Assembly: GCF_000196355.1 (NCBI RefSeq)
Contig: NC_007614.1
Span: 1,380,001-1,412,000, forward strand
Direction: 5' to 3'
DNA from: Nitrosospira multiformis ATCC 25196
Lineage (GTDB): Bacteria; Pseudomonadota; Gammaproteobacteria; Burkholderiales; Nitrosomonadaceae
Length of the DNA stretch: 32,000 bases
Positions 10,187 to 20,697 of this stretch are shown one piece after another; position 1 is the first letter of the stretch; each line of letters opens with the position of its first letter. Below the pieces are notes generated by a model. The model was not told where the DNA came from, did not search any database, and saw only the letters and a program-made list of their open reading frames with translations. A program made the position numbers and the translations under genes.

Positions 10187-11257
10187 ATGCAGTTTGTCCA
10201 AACTTCAACACTTCCGCAAAAAACCGATCAAAAGTTTGCTGTGCAGAAACCGATTGCTATCTGGTTGTTCGTTTGCTGCGCTCTGGTATTCGCCATGGTG
10301 GTTGTAGGCGGTGTAACCCGTCTTACCGATTCAGGGCTTTCCATCGTCGAATGGCAACCCCTCGTTGGCACGGTTCCTCCACTCAGCCAGAATGACTGGG
10401 ATGAGCTCTTCGAGAAATATCACCAGACGCCTCAGTATAAAAAGGTAAATCTTGGCATGAGCCTGGAAGAGTTCAAGACAATCTTCTGGTGGGAATATTT
10501 CCACCGCTTATTGGGGCGCGTCATCGGGTTGGCATTTTTCATACCATTCCTGTATTTTCTGATGAAAAAGGCAGTCGACCGGCCACTGGGACTGAAGTTG
10601 TCAGGAATTTTCCTGCTGGGGGCTTTGCAGGGTGGGATGGGATGGTACATGGTAAAGAGCGGGTTGGTGGATAACCCCCACGTCAGCCAGTATCGTCTGA
10701 CTGCGCACTTGGGTCTCGCTTTCGCGATTTATGCCGCAATGTTCTGGGTAGCCCTCGATCTGCTCAATCCCGGCCGCGGTTTGTCCGCAAACAGCGGACT
10801 GCGTGGTTTGCTCAATTTCTCCACCATGCTGTCTGCCCTGGTATTCATAATGGTTTTATCGGGCGGGTTCGTGGCAGGCATTCGGGCAGGTCTGGCTTAC
10901 AATACTTTTCCACTCATGGATGGCCACTTCATCCCCCCGGAACTATTCATGCTGGAACCCTGGTACCGGAATTTCTTCGACAATATGACCACTGTGCAAT
11001 TCGACCATCGCCTGATTGCATGGACACTGGCAATTCTCGTTCCGATTTTCTGGCTCAAATCGAGAGCAGTGCCACTTTCAGGCTCGGCTCGTCTTGCATG
11101 CACTCTACTGTTGATCATGCTGGCAGTGCAGATCACTCTGGGGATTTCCACGCTGCTGCTGGTTGTTCCTCTAACCCTCGCGGCAGCACATCAGGCAGGC
11201 GCACTACTGTTGTTTACCGCTGCCCTTTGGGTGAATCATGAGCTACGGCGCCAATAG
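10187..11257 (+). CDS. ctaA: Heme A synthase, COX15/CtaA family
   Basis: [78 protein letters not shown] and multiple TM segments. Confidence 0.95.
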   Translation: MQFVQTSTLPQKTDQKFAVQKPIAIWLFVCCALVFAMVVVGGVTRLTDSGLSIVEWQPLVGTVPPLSQNDWDELFEKYHQTPQYKKVNLGMSLEEFKTIFWWEYFHRLLGRVIGLAFFIPFLYFLMKKAVDRPLGLKLSGIFLLGALQGGMGWYMVKSGLVDNPHVSQYRLTAHLGLAFAIYAAMFWVALDLLNPGRGLSANSGLRGLLNFSTMLSALVFIMVLSGGFVAGIRAGLAYNTFPLMDGHFIPPELFMLEPWYRNFFDNMTTVQFDHRLIAWTLAILVPIFWLKSRAVPLSGSARLACTLLLIMLAVQITLGISTLLLVVPLTLAAAHQAGALLLFTAALWVNHELRRQ

Positions 11258-11502
11258 TTGAGCGTTTCAGTCCGTCGGCAGCGGGCCGCTCCAGGAGTTT
11301 GGCCTCGACGCCTTTATCCACCGCGCAGGGCATGGTCGGTGAATGATTTTTTTGATTGCTTGTTGCAAGCTTTATACCCTTCATGGCTTTGACAAGATTT
11401 TTTTGGAAGCCGAGCGGGGCAATGCACCTTATTAATAACGATGAGCATGCATTAATTACTGCGGCGTCTTCGTCATCCCGCGTTATGCCAAACAACTGGT
11501 AG

Positions 11503-11529
11503 GTCGGATTGAGCAAAGTGGGATCCGAC
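11503..11529. repeat. Short REP-like inverted repeat
   Basis: GTCGGAT (11503-11509) ... ATCCGAC (11523-11529), 13 nt loop. Confidence 0.35.
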
Positions 11530-11626
11530 AAGAAATTTATCAAAATCAATAAACCCCGAATTGCCCTTTGATCTGTTTTGAAGTTTGTTCTTCCTTTCGA
11601 GCAAGCGTGTCATGAATATCATTCCT

Positions 11627-11680
<54 letters not shown>

Positions 11681-11801
11681 GTTGTGGAAGGAGCATGAAA
11701 GACGGGCAAAAGATTTGGAACGGCAGCACGCGAAGTCGCAGTGGGAAGGCGCAGATTCTATTTATCCGGAAATCACCTTAGGGGGATTTCCAGAGAAAGA
11801 A

Positions 11802-11832
11802 GGGGGCGCAAAGGCTCTGCCTTTGCGCCCCC
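11802..11832 (-). terminator. Strong stem-loop, probable intrinsic terminator of the ccm operon
   Basis: GGGGGCGCAAAGG / CCTTTGCGCCCCC: 13 bp perfect stem, CTCTG loop. The minus strand continues into TTCTTTCTCT. Lies just after the ccmI stop codon. Confidence 0.75.
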
Positions 11833-11883
11833 CCAGGGGCATGCTTCAGAGATAGCTATGCTGTTGCCAGTGGGTACTGACTA

Positions 11884-13194
11884 CTAAGGCAACTGCTGAT
11901 CGATAACCACGCTAATCCCGCTGGCGCCGACCATTACCGGCTGACTCAAACCTTGCAGGTCGCCGCTTTGCGGCATTGGGGATCCCGATTTCGAAATCCG
12001 GGCGCCTACTACCACCTCGGCAGGGAAAGTGGATAACTGCACGCCGGACCGAGCCATGGAGTCGTTCAGTGAAAAGCTTGCCGGGAGATCCTTGACTTGC
12101 AGACGCAGGGTCGCAAGGGGTGCCTTTGGTCCCACTTTGGCACGGGCAAAAATATACAGGCTGTCGCCGGGGGAGGCCTTGCTTGCGAGGCCGGGGCTGA
12201 GTGTTACCTTGCCGGAAAGTGTGCCGGAGGTAGCGCCTCCCGCGCCCGAGGCTGATCCCTGTTTATTTGCAGGAGGAGGTGTCTGAGTACCCGGCTGGTC
12301 TGGCGCTCTAGCCACCAAGCTGCCTTTTCCTGCTGCCAGCGATTTTGCTTCTGCGATGCTGGCGTTAACGGATTGCACCAGCTCAGCCTCGGATGGCGGA
12401 ATCAGCGCTGCCAGTTTTTCCCAATATCTGGCAGCCTCCTTGTATCTCTTCTCCTCGAATTCGGCTGTGCCTGCCAAGGCCAGCGCCTTGGGGTTATTGG
12501 GGTCCAGGCTCAATGCCTTTTTGATCAGTTCCGTCGGCTTCCCGACCAGACTGCCATTGTTCGTCATCGCCACGATATCGGCGTAATCCGTGATGATGGC
12601 GGAGTCGTCGGGCGTCAAGGCAAGCGCCTTTTCATAAGCTTCCTTTGCCTCGTTGAACCGCTGCATCATTGCGTAGGTCCGACCAAGCATAAGCCATCCC
12701 TCGACGTTGTCGGGATTGTCCTCAAGCTTCGCAATGAGGTTTTCCATCACCGAGGAAAAATCGGGATGGCCTCCTTGTCCTTGCTCGGACGACATCGATG
12801 GATGCTCCGCGGCAGGCTGCGGCAGCAACGCCTTGGTGTTGCCTATCGCCAAGTAAAGGGAAACCGCGAGGACAGGCAGGACGAGCGCGGTGACAGTCAT
12901 GGTTGCCACGTTGTGCCTTCCACCCATTATCATGGTCGTCGTATTGCCATCTTCGGGAATATCCTGCAGCATTCTTTGCTGCAACTCACGCTTGCTTTGC
13001 TCGTATTGTTCCCGCGTCAGGATGTCGCTGCGCAGATCGCTGTCGAGTTCCGCCAACTGATCCCGATAAACGTCGATATTGGTGGCATCCCGTTCGACGC
13101 CGGCCTCGCGATCCTTCTTGCTCCACAATGTAGGCAACACGAACAGCAGGGCGCCGACAATAAATATGCCGGCTACAATCCAGAATGAAGTCAT
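11884..13194 (-). CDS. ccmI: Cytochrome c maturation protein CcmI (TPR protein)
   Basis: N-terminal TM segment, then DREAGVERDATNIDVYRDQLAELDSDLRSDILTREQYEQSKRELQQRMLQD, and TPR repeats (GWLMLGRTYAMMQRFNEAKEAYEKAL). Confidence 0.93.
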   Translation of the reverse strand: MTSFWIVAGIFIVGALLFVLPTLWSKKDREAGVERDATNIDVYRDQLAELDSDLRSDILTREQYEQSKRELQQRMLQDIPEDGNTTTMIMGGRHNVATMTVTALVLPVLAVSLYLAIGNTKALLPQPAAEHPSMSSEQGQGGHPDFSSVMENLIAKLEDNPDNVEGWLMLGRTYAMMQRFNEAKEAYEKALALTPDDSAIITDYADIVAMTNNGSLVGKPTELIKKALSLDPNNPKALALAGTAEFEEKRYKEAARYWEKLAALIPPSEAELVQSVNASIAEAKSLAAGKGSLVARAPDQPGTQTPPPANKQGSASGAGGATSGTLSGKVTLSPGLASKASPGDSLYIFARAKVGPKAPLATLRLQVKDLPASFSLNDSMARSGVQLSTFPAEVVVGARISKSGSPMPQSGDLQGLSQPVMVGASGISVVIDQQLP

Positions 13195-13201
13195 GCGTTT
13201 A

Positions 13202-13750
13202 TCACCCCTTGCCTTCCTTCAGCAAGGCTTCCGCCTGCTTGAGTTGCTGTTCGGATAGCGCGGGTTCTTCGATGTGTTTGCGACGGCGCTTGAGATAAAA
13301 CACCAGGAAGACTGCGCCAGTCAAAAGGAAGATGAAAGGACCGAACCACAGGAGCAGGGTGGTACTTTTCATCGGTGGACGATAAAGCACGAAATCGCCG
13401 TAGCGCGCCACCAGAAAGTCGACAATTTCCTTGTCACTCTTGTTGGCTTGCATCTGTTCGCGGATTTCGCGCCGCAAGTCGTTGGCAAAGTCGGCACGCG
13501 AAGCGGCTATCGTCTCATTCTGACAGACCAGACATCGCAGGTCTTCGGATAGCGCCACCATGCGTCTCTCTATTTCCGGATTTTCGGCAACAGGAGCAGC
13601 TTCCTTTGCCTCCGCAAACGGGGCAAGAAGCAACAGACAGAGCAGCAGCGCCGCTTTTAACAGCGCAAAGCCGCCCCCATTGTTGCCTTGATCGTTTTTA
13701 CCGCTGCCACAAGCCGCCAAAGACGACCGGGATAAAAGTTTCAATCTCAT
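13202..13750 (-). CDS. ccmH: Cytochrome c maturation protein CcmH
   Basis: EDLRCLVCQNETIAASRADFANDLRREIREQMQANKSDKEIVDFLVARYGDFVLYRPP, with the LRCxxCQ motif. Confidence 0.96.
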   Translation of the reverse strand: MRLKLLSRSSLAACGSGKNDQGNNGGGFALLKAALLLCLLLLAPFAEAKEAAPVAENPEIERRMVALSEDLRCLVCQNETIAASRADFANDLRREIREQMQANKSDKEIVDFLVARYGDFVLYRPPMKSTTLLLWFGPFIFLLTGAVFLVFYLKRRRKHIEEPALSEQQLKQAEALLKEGKG

Positions 13751-14271
13751 CCTTGTAATTCTCTCACCAGAGGCAGAATTTTATTCTGCAGTGCTTCCAC
13801 TGTTACGGGACCGATCTGCTTATAGCGAATTACCCCATTCTTGTCGATGACATAAGTTTCCGGCACACCGTAGACGCCGAACTCTATGCCGGTCCGACCT
13901 TCAGGATCAACCGCGCTGACGGCGTAGGGATCACCAAACTGCTGAAGCCATCTCAATGCGTCATCTCGCTGATCCTTGTAATTGAGTCCGTAGACAGGGA
14001 CAATTCCCGACTTCGACAGTTCCACCAATACCGGATGTTCCTGCCGGCAGGAAACGCACCACGAGGCCCACACATTCAATAGCCATACCTTGCCCAGGTT
14101 TTCCTTCGAGGTCAGCGTTTTTTCCGGTTCGTGCAATTGCTGCAACTGGAATTCTGGAGCTGGTTTCCCCACCAGGGGAGAGGGGACTTGGCGCGGATTG
14201 AGACCCAGGCCGACGAGCAGAAAACCTACCAGTACGACAAAAACAGCGAGCGGCAGCAGGAAGCGCGTCAT
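13747..14271 (-). CDS. ccmG: Thiol:disulfide interchange protein CcmG/DsbE
   Basis: VWLLNVWASWCVSCRQEHPVLVELSKSG...GVYGVPETYVIDKNGVIRYKQIGPV. Overlaps both neighbours by 4 nt. Confidence 0.96.
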   Translation of the reverse strand: MTRFLLPLAVFVVLVGFLLVGLGLNPRQVPSPLVGKPAPEFQLQQLHEPEKTLTSKENLGKVWLLNVWASWCVSCRQEHPVLVELSKSGIVPVYGLNYKDQRDDALRWLQQFGDPYAVSAVDPEGRTGIEFGVYGVPETYVIDKNGVIRYKQIGPVTVEALQNKILPLVRELQG

Positions 14272-16307
14272 GCCTTTTTGCTCCGGGCAATCATGGGCGC
14301 AGTGGCTTTCCTGCCGGCTTTGCTGGCTTTAGCGACCTTCCTTTCCTCTATCTCTACGGTCTCGCGCTGTTTGCGTGAGGACAGGCGATAACGTCTGTCA
14401 GTGATGGCAAGGAAGCCTCCGAATGCCATCAACATACAGCCGAACCATATCCAGTCGACGAAGGGCTTATGGTAAACACGCACGACCCATGCTCCGTTTT
14501 CCAGGGGTTCACCCAGAGCAACATACAGATCGCGGAGAATACCGGCATCGATTGCCGCTTCGGTCATCGGCATCCCGGATGCGTTATAGGTTCGTTTTTC
14601 CGGTTCCAGTACATTGATTTTCTTTCCGTCGCGCAATACGTCGACATTGCCGATGTCGGACATGTAGTTTGGACCCGGCGCTTTTTTCACGCCATTGAAG
14701 CGGAAGGTATAGCCTCCTACCTCGACCGTGTCGCCAATTTCCATGCGCACATCTTTTTCCGTTTCATAACCACCCACAAGCGCCACACCGATAATAAAGA
14801 AGGCAATCCCAAGGTGGGCAGCGTGCATGCCGTAGTAGCTGCGCGATTGCGCGGCCAGCTTCGCAAGCAAGCCCTGCTTGCCGGTGCTGCGGAGACGATG
14901 AATTACGCTGACGATCACGCTCGTAATGACCCAGAAAGCCATCAGCAGACTGAAGCTCACCATCAGCTTCCATTCACCCATGATAAAGGGCATGACGAGA
15001 GCGGTAACTGCGCTTACCCCGAATGCCCAACGCAGGCGTACCGCAAGCTCAGGCAGGCTTGCCTGCTTCCAGCGCGCAAGGGGGCCAAGGCCGATCAGAA
15101 AGACGGCGGGAGTCATCAACGGGACGAATACTGCTTCGAAGTAGGGAGGGCCAACCGAAATCTTGCCGAGTTCAAGCGCATCCATGAACAGGGGATAGAG
15201 TGTGCCCAGCAGTATGCTTCCCGCTGCAACCATCATCAACAGATTGTTGGCGAGCAGCATGGATTCGCGTGAAACCAGTTCGAACTTTCCACCCAACCCG
15301 ATTTTTGGCGCCCGCCATGCAAAAAGCAGCAGAGAGCCTCCAGTGATGGTCACCAGAAAGGCCAGGATGAATATACCGCGCGTGGGATCGGTTGCAAAAG
15401 CGTGAACCGAGGTCAGCACGCCCGAGCGAACCAGGAACGTACCGAGCAGGCTCAGGGAAAATGCGCAGATTGCCAGCAGCACGGTCCAGCTCTTGAAGCT
15501 GCCGCGTTTTTCCGTCACGGCAAGGGAATGAACCAGGGCAGTTCCCACCAGCCAGGGCATGAAAGAGGCATTTTCAACCGGATCCCAGAACCACCATCCG
15601 CCCCAGCCCAGTTCATAATAGGCCCACCAGCTTCCCATCATGATGCCGATGGTGAGGAACATCCAGGCCACCGTGGTCCACGGCCGCGACCAGCGCGCCC
15701 AGGTCGCATCCATCTGGCCGCTCAGCAGTGCGGAAATGGCGAATGCAAACGCCACGGAAAAGCCGACATAACCCATGTAAAGCATGGGCGGATGGCAGAC
15801 CATGCCGGGGTCCTGCAGCAGCGGGTTGAGGTCGCTTCCTTCCATCGCCCCGGGCAGCATCCGCTCGAAAGGATTGGAAGTGAAAAGCATGAATATCAGA
15901 AAACCCACGCTGACGAGGCCCATGACGCCCAGCACGCGCGCCACCATTTCATTCGGCAAATGCTTGCTGAATACGCTTACCGCCACCGACCAGCATGCCA
16001 GCATGAACGTCCAGAGCAGCAGGGAGCCCTCATGCGAGCCCCATGTGGCGGCAAAGCGGTACTGCAGCGGCAGGTTCGAATTCGAGTTCTGCGCGACGTT
16101 GACCACGGAAAAATCACTGTTTACGAATGAATAGGCCAGGCAGAAGAAGGCGATGGCTACAAACACAAACTGCCCCTGAACCACCGGCCGCGCCAGGGCG
16201 ATCCAGGAAGGGATGCCGCGGGCGGCGCCGATGATGGGCAGGGTGCCTTGTATGAGTGCCAGCAGCAAGGCGAGGATCAGGGCAAAGTTACCAAGTTCTG
16301 GAATCAT
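14268..16307 (-). CDS. ccmF: Heme lyase CcmF/NrfE family
   Basis: ATWGSHEGSLLLWTF, the WWD motif WGGWWFWDPVENASFMPWLVGTALVHSL, and many TM segments. Confidence 0.97.
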   Translation of the reverse strand: MIPELGNFALILALLLALIQGTLPIIGAARGIPSWIALARPVVQGQFVFVAIAFFCLAYSFVNSDFSVVNVAQNSNSNLPLQYRFAATWGSHEGSLLLWTFMLACWSVAVSVFSKHLPNEMVARVLGVMGLVSVGFLIFMLFTSNPFERMLPGAMEGSDLNPLLQDPGMVCHPPMLYMGYVGFSVAFAFAISALLSGQMDATWARWSRPWTTVAWMFLTIGIMMGSWWAYYELGWGGWWFWDPVENASFMPWLVGTALVHSLAVTEKRGSFKSWTVLLAICAFSLSLLGTFLVRSGVLTSVHAFATDPTRGIFILAFLVTITGGSLLLFAWRAPKIGLGGKFELVSRESMLLANNLLMMVAAGSILLGTLYPLFMDALELGKISVGPPYFEAVFVPLMTPAVFLIGLGPLARWKQASLPELAVRLRWAFGVSAVTALVMPFIMGEWKLMVSFSLLMAFWVITSVIVSVIHRLRSTGKQGLLAKLAAQSRSYYGMHAAHLGIAFFIIGVALVGGYETEKDVRMEIGDTVEVGGYTFRFNGVKKAPGPNYMSDIGNVDVLRDGKKINVLEPEKRTYNASGMPMTEAAIDAGILRDLYVALGEPLENGAWVVRVYHKPFVDWIWFGCMLMAFGGFLAITDRRYRLSSRKQRETVEIEERKVAKASKAGRKATAPMIARSKKA

Positions 16308-16401
16308 GGCTGAGGCTGTGGGTTATGGAAAATATGAATAGATATGAGCAGGAATGACAGAGCCCTTTCGGTTCGGGAAGGGCTCGGGGCGAAACTTTTT
16401 G

Positions 16402-16848
16402 CTACTGCATCACTGTCTTGCGAGCCTTGTCGGCTTGATCAAGCGCGCCCGCGGCTTCCGGTGGCATATAATTTTCATCGTGCTTCGCGAGCACCTCGTC
16501 CGCCCGGAAAATGCCATCCGAAGCCAGCTTGCCCTGGGCTACCACGCCTTTGCCTTCCTTGAACAGGTCGGGAAGGATGCCGGTATATACGACCGGAATA
16601 ACCTTTGCGGTATCCGTCACCAGGAAATTGACCGTCACGCCGTCGGCCTGGCGTTTGACGCTGCCTTCTTCCACGAGGCCGCCGATACGGAAACTCTTGC
16701 CAACGGGTGCTTCATTATTGGCCACCTGGGTAGGGCTGAAGAAAAATACGAGATTACTCTGAAATGCGTTTAAAACCAGCACCGAAGCAACGCCCAGCGC
16801 GGTCACGCTCGAAGCGATGATTGCCAATTTTTTATGACGTGGTTTCAT
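16402..16848 (-). CDS. ccmE: Heme chaperone CcmE
   Basis: FFFSPTQV...[13 protein letters not shown]...[32 protein letters not shown]...[14 protein letters not shown] (heme-binding HxxxY). Confidence 0.97.
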   Translation of the reverse strand: MKPRHKKLAIIASSVTALGVASVLVLNAFQSNLVFFFSPTQVANNEAPVGKSFRIGGLVEEGSVKRQADGVTVNFLVTDTAKVIPVVYTGILPDLFKEGKGVVAQGKLASDGIFRADEVLAKHDENYMPPEAAGALDQADKARKTVMQ

Positions 16849-17029
16849 TTCCCTTCTCTTGTTTTGTTGACTGATGAATCAGACTGAGATGCCTGAGCAA
16901 AGTTCGCCTGCGGTTGGAAACCAGAACGATTTCCCCTGCAATGCAGATCAAGGTAACGAGGTAGGACCCCCATACGTAGAACCCGTACCCGCCCATATCC
17001 AGAAATTCAGACACACTGTTCCAGTTCAT
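16832..17029 (-). CDS. ccmD: Heme exporter protein CcmD
   Basis: [48 protein letters not shown]; start set by the ATGA overlap with ccmC. Confidence 0.92.
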   Translation of the reverse strand: MNWNSVSEFLDMGGYGFYVWGSYLVTLICIAGEIVLVSNRRRTLLRHLSLIHQSTKQEKGNETTS

Positions 17030-17766
17030 TGCGCTGCCTCCTGCAACTGACCTACCCACGCGGTATGACGTTCACGTTCCAGGATAATGGCGCGCGTGCG
17101 TATCAATATCACCGCGATGGCATACATCCAGCATGCGATTGACATGATCAGCATCCCCGTAAGCATGGTGGTGGCCATTTTAGGCGACTGCGTGAGACTG
17201 ACGGAGGCGCCTTGATGCAATGTATTCCACCACTTCACAGAAAAATAGATGATGGGGACGTTTACCACGCCTACCAGAGCAATCACTGCTCCGGCTTTGT
17301 CCGCACGGCGCGGATCGTCTATGGCCGCCTGCAAAGACATGAAGCCGATGTAGAGGAACAGAAGAATCAGTTCGGAGGTAAGGCGCGCATCCCACACCCA
17401 CCAGGTGCCCCACATGGGCTTGCCCCACAGGGCCCCGGTCCAAAGCGCAATAAACGTGAACATTGCGCCAGTGGGGGCAATGGCGGTTGCCACCATGGCG
17501 GAAAGGCGGGTATTGAATGCAAGGCCGATACCCGACCATAGCGCCATGATGACGTAGAGAAACATCGACAGCCAGGCCGCGGGCACATGGATGAAAATGA
17601 TACGATAGGCTTCGCCCTGCTGAAAATCGGTGGGAGCTACAAAAAAGCCGATATAAAGTCCCACTGCGCACAATACAATTGCAGCAATGGAAAACAGGGG
17701 AATCATTTTGCCGGCGAGAAAATAGAAGCTTGCCGGAGAGGAATATTTAAACCAGTTTATCGCCAT
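17026..17766 (-). CDS. ccmC: Heme ABC transporter permease CcmC
   Basis: RIIFIHVPAAWLSMFLY, WGKPMWGTWWVWDARLTSELILLFLYIGF and SLTQSPKMATTML. Confidence 0.97.
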   Translation of the reverse strand: MAINWFKYSSPASFYFLAGKMIPLFSIAAIVLCAVGLYIGFFVAPTDFQQGEAYRIIFIHVPAAWLSMFLYVIMALWSGIGLAFNTRLSAMVATAIAPTGAMFTFIALWTGALWGKPMWGTWWVWDARLTSELILLFLYIGFMSLQAAIDDPRRADKAGAVIALVGVVNVPIIYFSVKWWNTLHQGASVSLTQSPKMATTMLTGMLIMSIACWMYAIAVILIRTRAIILERERHTAWVGQLQEAAQ

Positions 17767-17831
17767 GTAGCAAAGTAGGTAGCAGACTTCATAATTGAGG
17801 CCCCGATGAGGCTTTGATAGATTGCGCCGTG

Positions 17832-17845
17832 CATATGATCATATG
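17832..17845. promoter_or_regulatory. 14 bp perfect palindrome upstream of ccmC
   Basis: CATATGATCATATG is its own reverse complement and lies 66 bp upstream of the ccmC start. Confidence 0.3.
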
Positions 17846-18191
17846 GCCATAATATCCCATGTGGTCGTGCATCCCGCAGGACACTGTCGTCCACTGCAAC
17901 CCAATCTACCTACCCATCCTTACGCCCCGTGCGCGTAACTCCCAATTTTAACCTAAAAACCTCAAATTCAGAATTGGTTTGTTAAAAACTACCGCTTGAT
18001 TGTAACCGGGAGGGGGATATTGCGGAGGAAAGCGAGGGAGTGTGGATCGGCTACAGGTGATATAGATGCAAAAATACGCGCAAAAACAGGAAAACAGGAT
18101 TTCGCGCAAGGTATCCTGGGACCATAATCGTTTCATTTAGCCGAATAATCCGGCAGATACTTCTTTCCGTTCCGGAAATCCGAAAGCGACC

Positions 18192-19085
18192 ATGCAATTT
18201 TCCTGTTCCATTCCCTTACCTGCGACCTTTCGTCCCGGCGATATCTTGGCCTTTCATCGGCGCGACCGGCAAGAGATCGCAGAGCGTGTCAACCATGCCT
18301 CCGTGCAAAAAGCCATGATCTGGTGCGGCGCCCCGGCGTACCTTTCTATCAGCTTTGAGCCGGGATTGGCAAAGGCTTCACTGGTCATCGATGGCAAAAT
18401 AGCGGAGGATCGCCAGCCCATCTTCGAAGGTATGGTCCGGCGCATGCTGGGTCTGACCCAGGAGATCGAGATCTTCGAGGAACGGTATCGCGATCATCCG
18501 CAATTGGGCATCCTGATCGCGCAACAACCCGGTTTACGGGTGCCGGTCACTGCCACCCCATTCGAGGCCCTGACCTGGGCAGTCACCGGCCAACAAATCA
18601 GCGTCAACGCCGCGGTTTCCCTGCGGCGAAAGCTGATCGGCGCGACCAATACCCCTCACTCCTGTGGCCTGTTCTGCTACCCGGACGCGCGCCGAATTCT
18701 CGAGCTGCCCGAAGAGACGTTACGGCAAGCGGGTTTTTCGACAACCAAAACCAGGACTTTGCTTGCACTCTCCGCCCTCGTGGCTGACAACGAGCTTCCA
18801 TTGGATGCGTGGGTGGAGACGCTTCCGGTCGATGTCATTCGCGAAAAACTGGAAGCAGTCCGCGGCATCGGTCCGTGGACGGTGAATTATGGATTGCTGC
18901 GCGGTTTCGGCTGGCTCGACGGCTCACTGCACGGCGATGCAGCAGTCCGGCGAGGCCTGCAAGCCTTGCTCGGGGCGCAGGACAAAATCAGCGAGGAAAA
19001 TACGAAGGTCTGGCTCGCGCAATTCTCCCCCTGGCGAGCCCTGGTCGGCGCCCATCTGTGGGCAGCCCCGGTTGCGATTGCCTGA
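18192..19085 (+). CDS. DNA-3-methyladenine glycosylase II / AlkA-like HhH-GPD glycosylase
   Basis: FEALTWAVTGQQISVNAAVSLRRKLI...LRQAGFSTTKTRTLLALS...LEAVRGIGPWTVNYGLLRGFGWLDGSLHGDAAVRRGL (HhH-GPD). Confidence 0.9.
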   Translation: MQFSCSIPLPATFRPGDILAFHRRDRQEIAERVNHASVQKAMIWCGAPAYLSISFEPGLAKASLVIDGKIAEDRQPIFEGMVRRMLGLTQEIEIFEERYRDHPQLGILIAQQPGLRVPVTATPFEALTWAVTGQQISVNAAVSLRRKLIGATNTPHSCGLFCYPDARRILELPEETLRQAGFSTTKTRTLLALSALVADNELPLDAWVETLPVDVIREKLEAVRGIGPWTVNYGLLRGFGWLDGSLHGDAAVRRGLQALLGAQDKISEENTKVWLAQFSPWRALVGAHLWAAPVAIA

Positions 19086-19201
19086 CGGGAATTCGATGCG
19101 CCTCATTGTGGTCCGACAGTCTCGTTGTGCGATACGGACAGCAATTTGGATGATACGTTTCTGTGCCCTTGAGCAACAGGCGGGGCTTATGAATTCCAGC
19201 A

Positions 19202-20008
19202 CTAGGATGCGGCAGTTACGTCGATCAGTTCTATATCGGCAGCCACCAGTCCCTGGTCGAAGAATTTGGAAGCATTGGCGGCAAAGCGCTCAGGATCGTC
19301 GGTTGCCAGCATTTTAATCTGGCCCCTTGTTCCCGTAATTCCCGAAAGCTGCGTGGCTGCCGCTTCACCGCTGTTGATGAGTGTGACCGATGATCCCAGA
19401 ATGTCCCGGAAGAGGGCTTCAAAGACAGGAAAATGGGTGCACCCGAGAATCAACGTGTCCGGCGCTTCGGCTGTGTCGAATATAGGATCGAGATACTGGC
19501 GGACAATAGCCGTGGCTATGGGGCCTGAAGACCAGCCTTCTTCCGCAAGAGCCACCAGCATCTGACAGGCCTGGGACGATGCCTTTATATGAGGATTGAT
19601 TTTTTTCAGTTCCTTTTCATATACTCCGCTCCGGATGGTGCCGAAGGTAGCGATGACGCCGATATGCTGATTTTTTGTTGCCTGAATTGCCGCAGCCGCA
19701 GCCGGCTCGATCATGCCGATCACGGGCAGCGGAGCTGCTAGCGCGCGTACGGCCTCCAGCGCATGAGTCGATGCGGTATTACAGGCGATCACGATGGCAC
19801 TCGGGTTATAGTTCAGCAGAATCCTGCACAGGCTCTGGCTATAACGCTGCACGATTTCAGGGCTCTTGGTTCCATAAGGAAGGCGGGCGGTATCTCCTAG
19901 ATAGACGTAAGATTCTTGCGGATAACGCTTTTTCAGCGCCTGAAGGACAGTCAATCCTCCGATACCGGAATCGAATACAGCTATGGGAGAAAATATTTCC
20001 GGCATCAT
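19202..20008 (-). CDS. murI: Glutamate racemase
   Basis: IAVFDSGIGGLTVLQALKKRYPQESYVYLGDTARLPYGTKSPE...IVIACNTASTHAL...LGCTHFPVF. Confidence 0.97.
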   Translation of the reverse strand: MMPEIFSPIAVFDSGIGGLTVLQALKKRYPQESYVYLGDTARLPYGTKSPEIVQRYSQSLCRILLNYNPSAIVIACNTASTHALEAVRALAAPLPVIGMIEPAAAAAIQATKNQHIGVIATFGTIRSGVYEKELKKINPHIKASSQACQMLVALAEEGWSSGPIATAIVRQYLDPIFDTAEAPDTLILGCTHFPVFEALFRDILGSSVTLINSGEAAATQLSGITGTRGQIKMLATDDPERFAANASKFFDQGLVAADIELIDVTAAS

Positions 20009-20114
20009 TTATCTTTCACTCAATGGCTCATATGTACATATACCCGTGCTTCCTGTATCAGGCTAATGGAGACGGTCTCCAGCAGCGTGTTCATGAGCTC
20101 ATGCGAGAATCCTC

Positions 20115-20612
20115 TCAGGTCGCATCAAACCCAGGGTGGAACACGACTTCGCCTTCAGGCACGATCCCGGTGAACCCCAATCGCTGGAAATACTCCGGTG
20201 GCACGTCCCCATAGCGGAGTCCAGGATCACTGATGAACCCGAAACGGCTGTAGTAGCCAGGGTCGCCGAGGACAACGCACCCCTGGGCGTTCATGTCTCT
20301 AAGGCGGGCAAGCCCCTCGCGGATCAAAGCCTGTCCGATGCCTCTTCCTTGTCGATCAGGTCGGACAGAAACCGGGCCAAGTCCATACCAGCCATTTGTT
20401 GCACCGGAGATTGCAACGGGCGAGAAAGCAACATGGCCGATGATCTCGCCATCCTCGATGGCGATGAGCGAAAGGATCAATGCTCCCGCGCTCCTCAACG
20501 CATCGGCGACAGCTCCCTCGGTCTGGCTGCCATAAGGCATTTCCTTGAAGGCGGCAGTTATGAGGCTTTGGATGGCGGCAATATCCTCGGGTCGTTCCAA
20601 GCGGATTTGCAT
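20115..20612 (-). CDS. GNAT-family N-acetyltransferase (YhbS-like)
   Basis: IRLERPEDIAAIQSLITAAF...GWYGLGPVSVRPDRQGRGIGQALIREGLARLRDMNAQGCVVLGDPGYYSRFGF. Start at ATG 20612 behind GGAGGTTTAC. Confidence 0.9.
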   Translation of the reverse strand: MQIRLERPEDIAAIQSLITAAFKEMPYGSQTEGAVADALRSAGALILSLIAIEDGEIIGHVAFSPVAISGATNGWYGLGPVSVRPDRQGRGIGQALIREGLARLRDMNAQGCVVLGDPGYYSRFGFISDPGLRYGDVPPEYFQRLGFTGIVPEGEVVFHPGFDAT

Positions 20613-20697
20613 GTAAACCTCCTGCCGCGATTGGCACCCCCTCTTCACCGCGCTCGCCGATCCGCAATGAAGAGCTGCCGGGATTCTTCGACCTTCT

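Noticed and set aside
12373-13188. 271-codon + strand ORF opposite ccmI
   Set aside because: Antisense artefact of the ccmI coding region.
14469-15272. 267-codon + strand ORF (and 15402..16130) inside ccmF
   Set aside because: Shadow ORFs opposite a well-supported ccmF; low-complexity His/Gln/Arg composition and no motifs.
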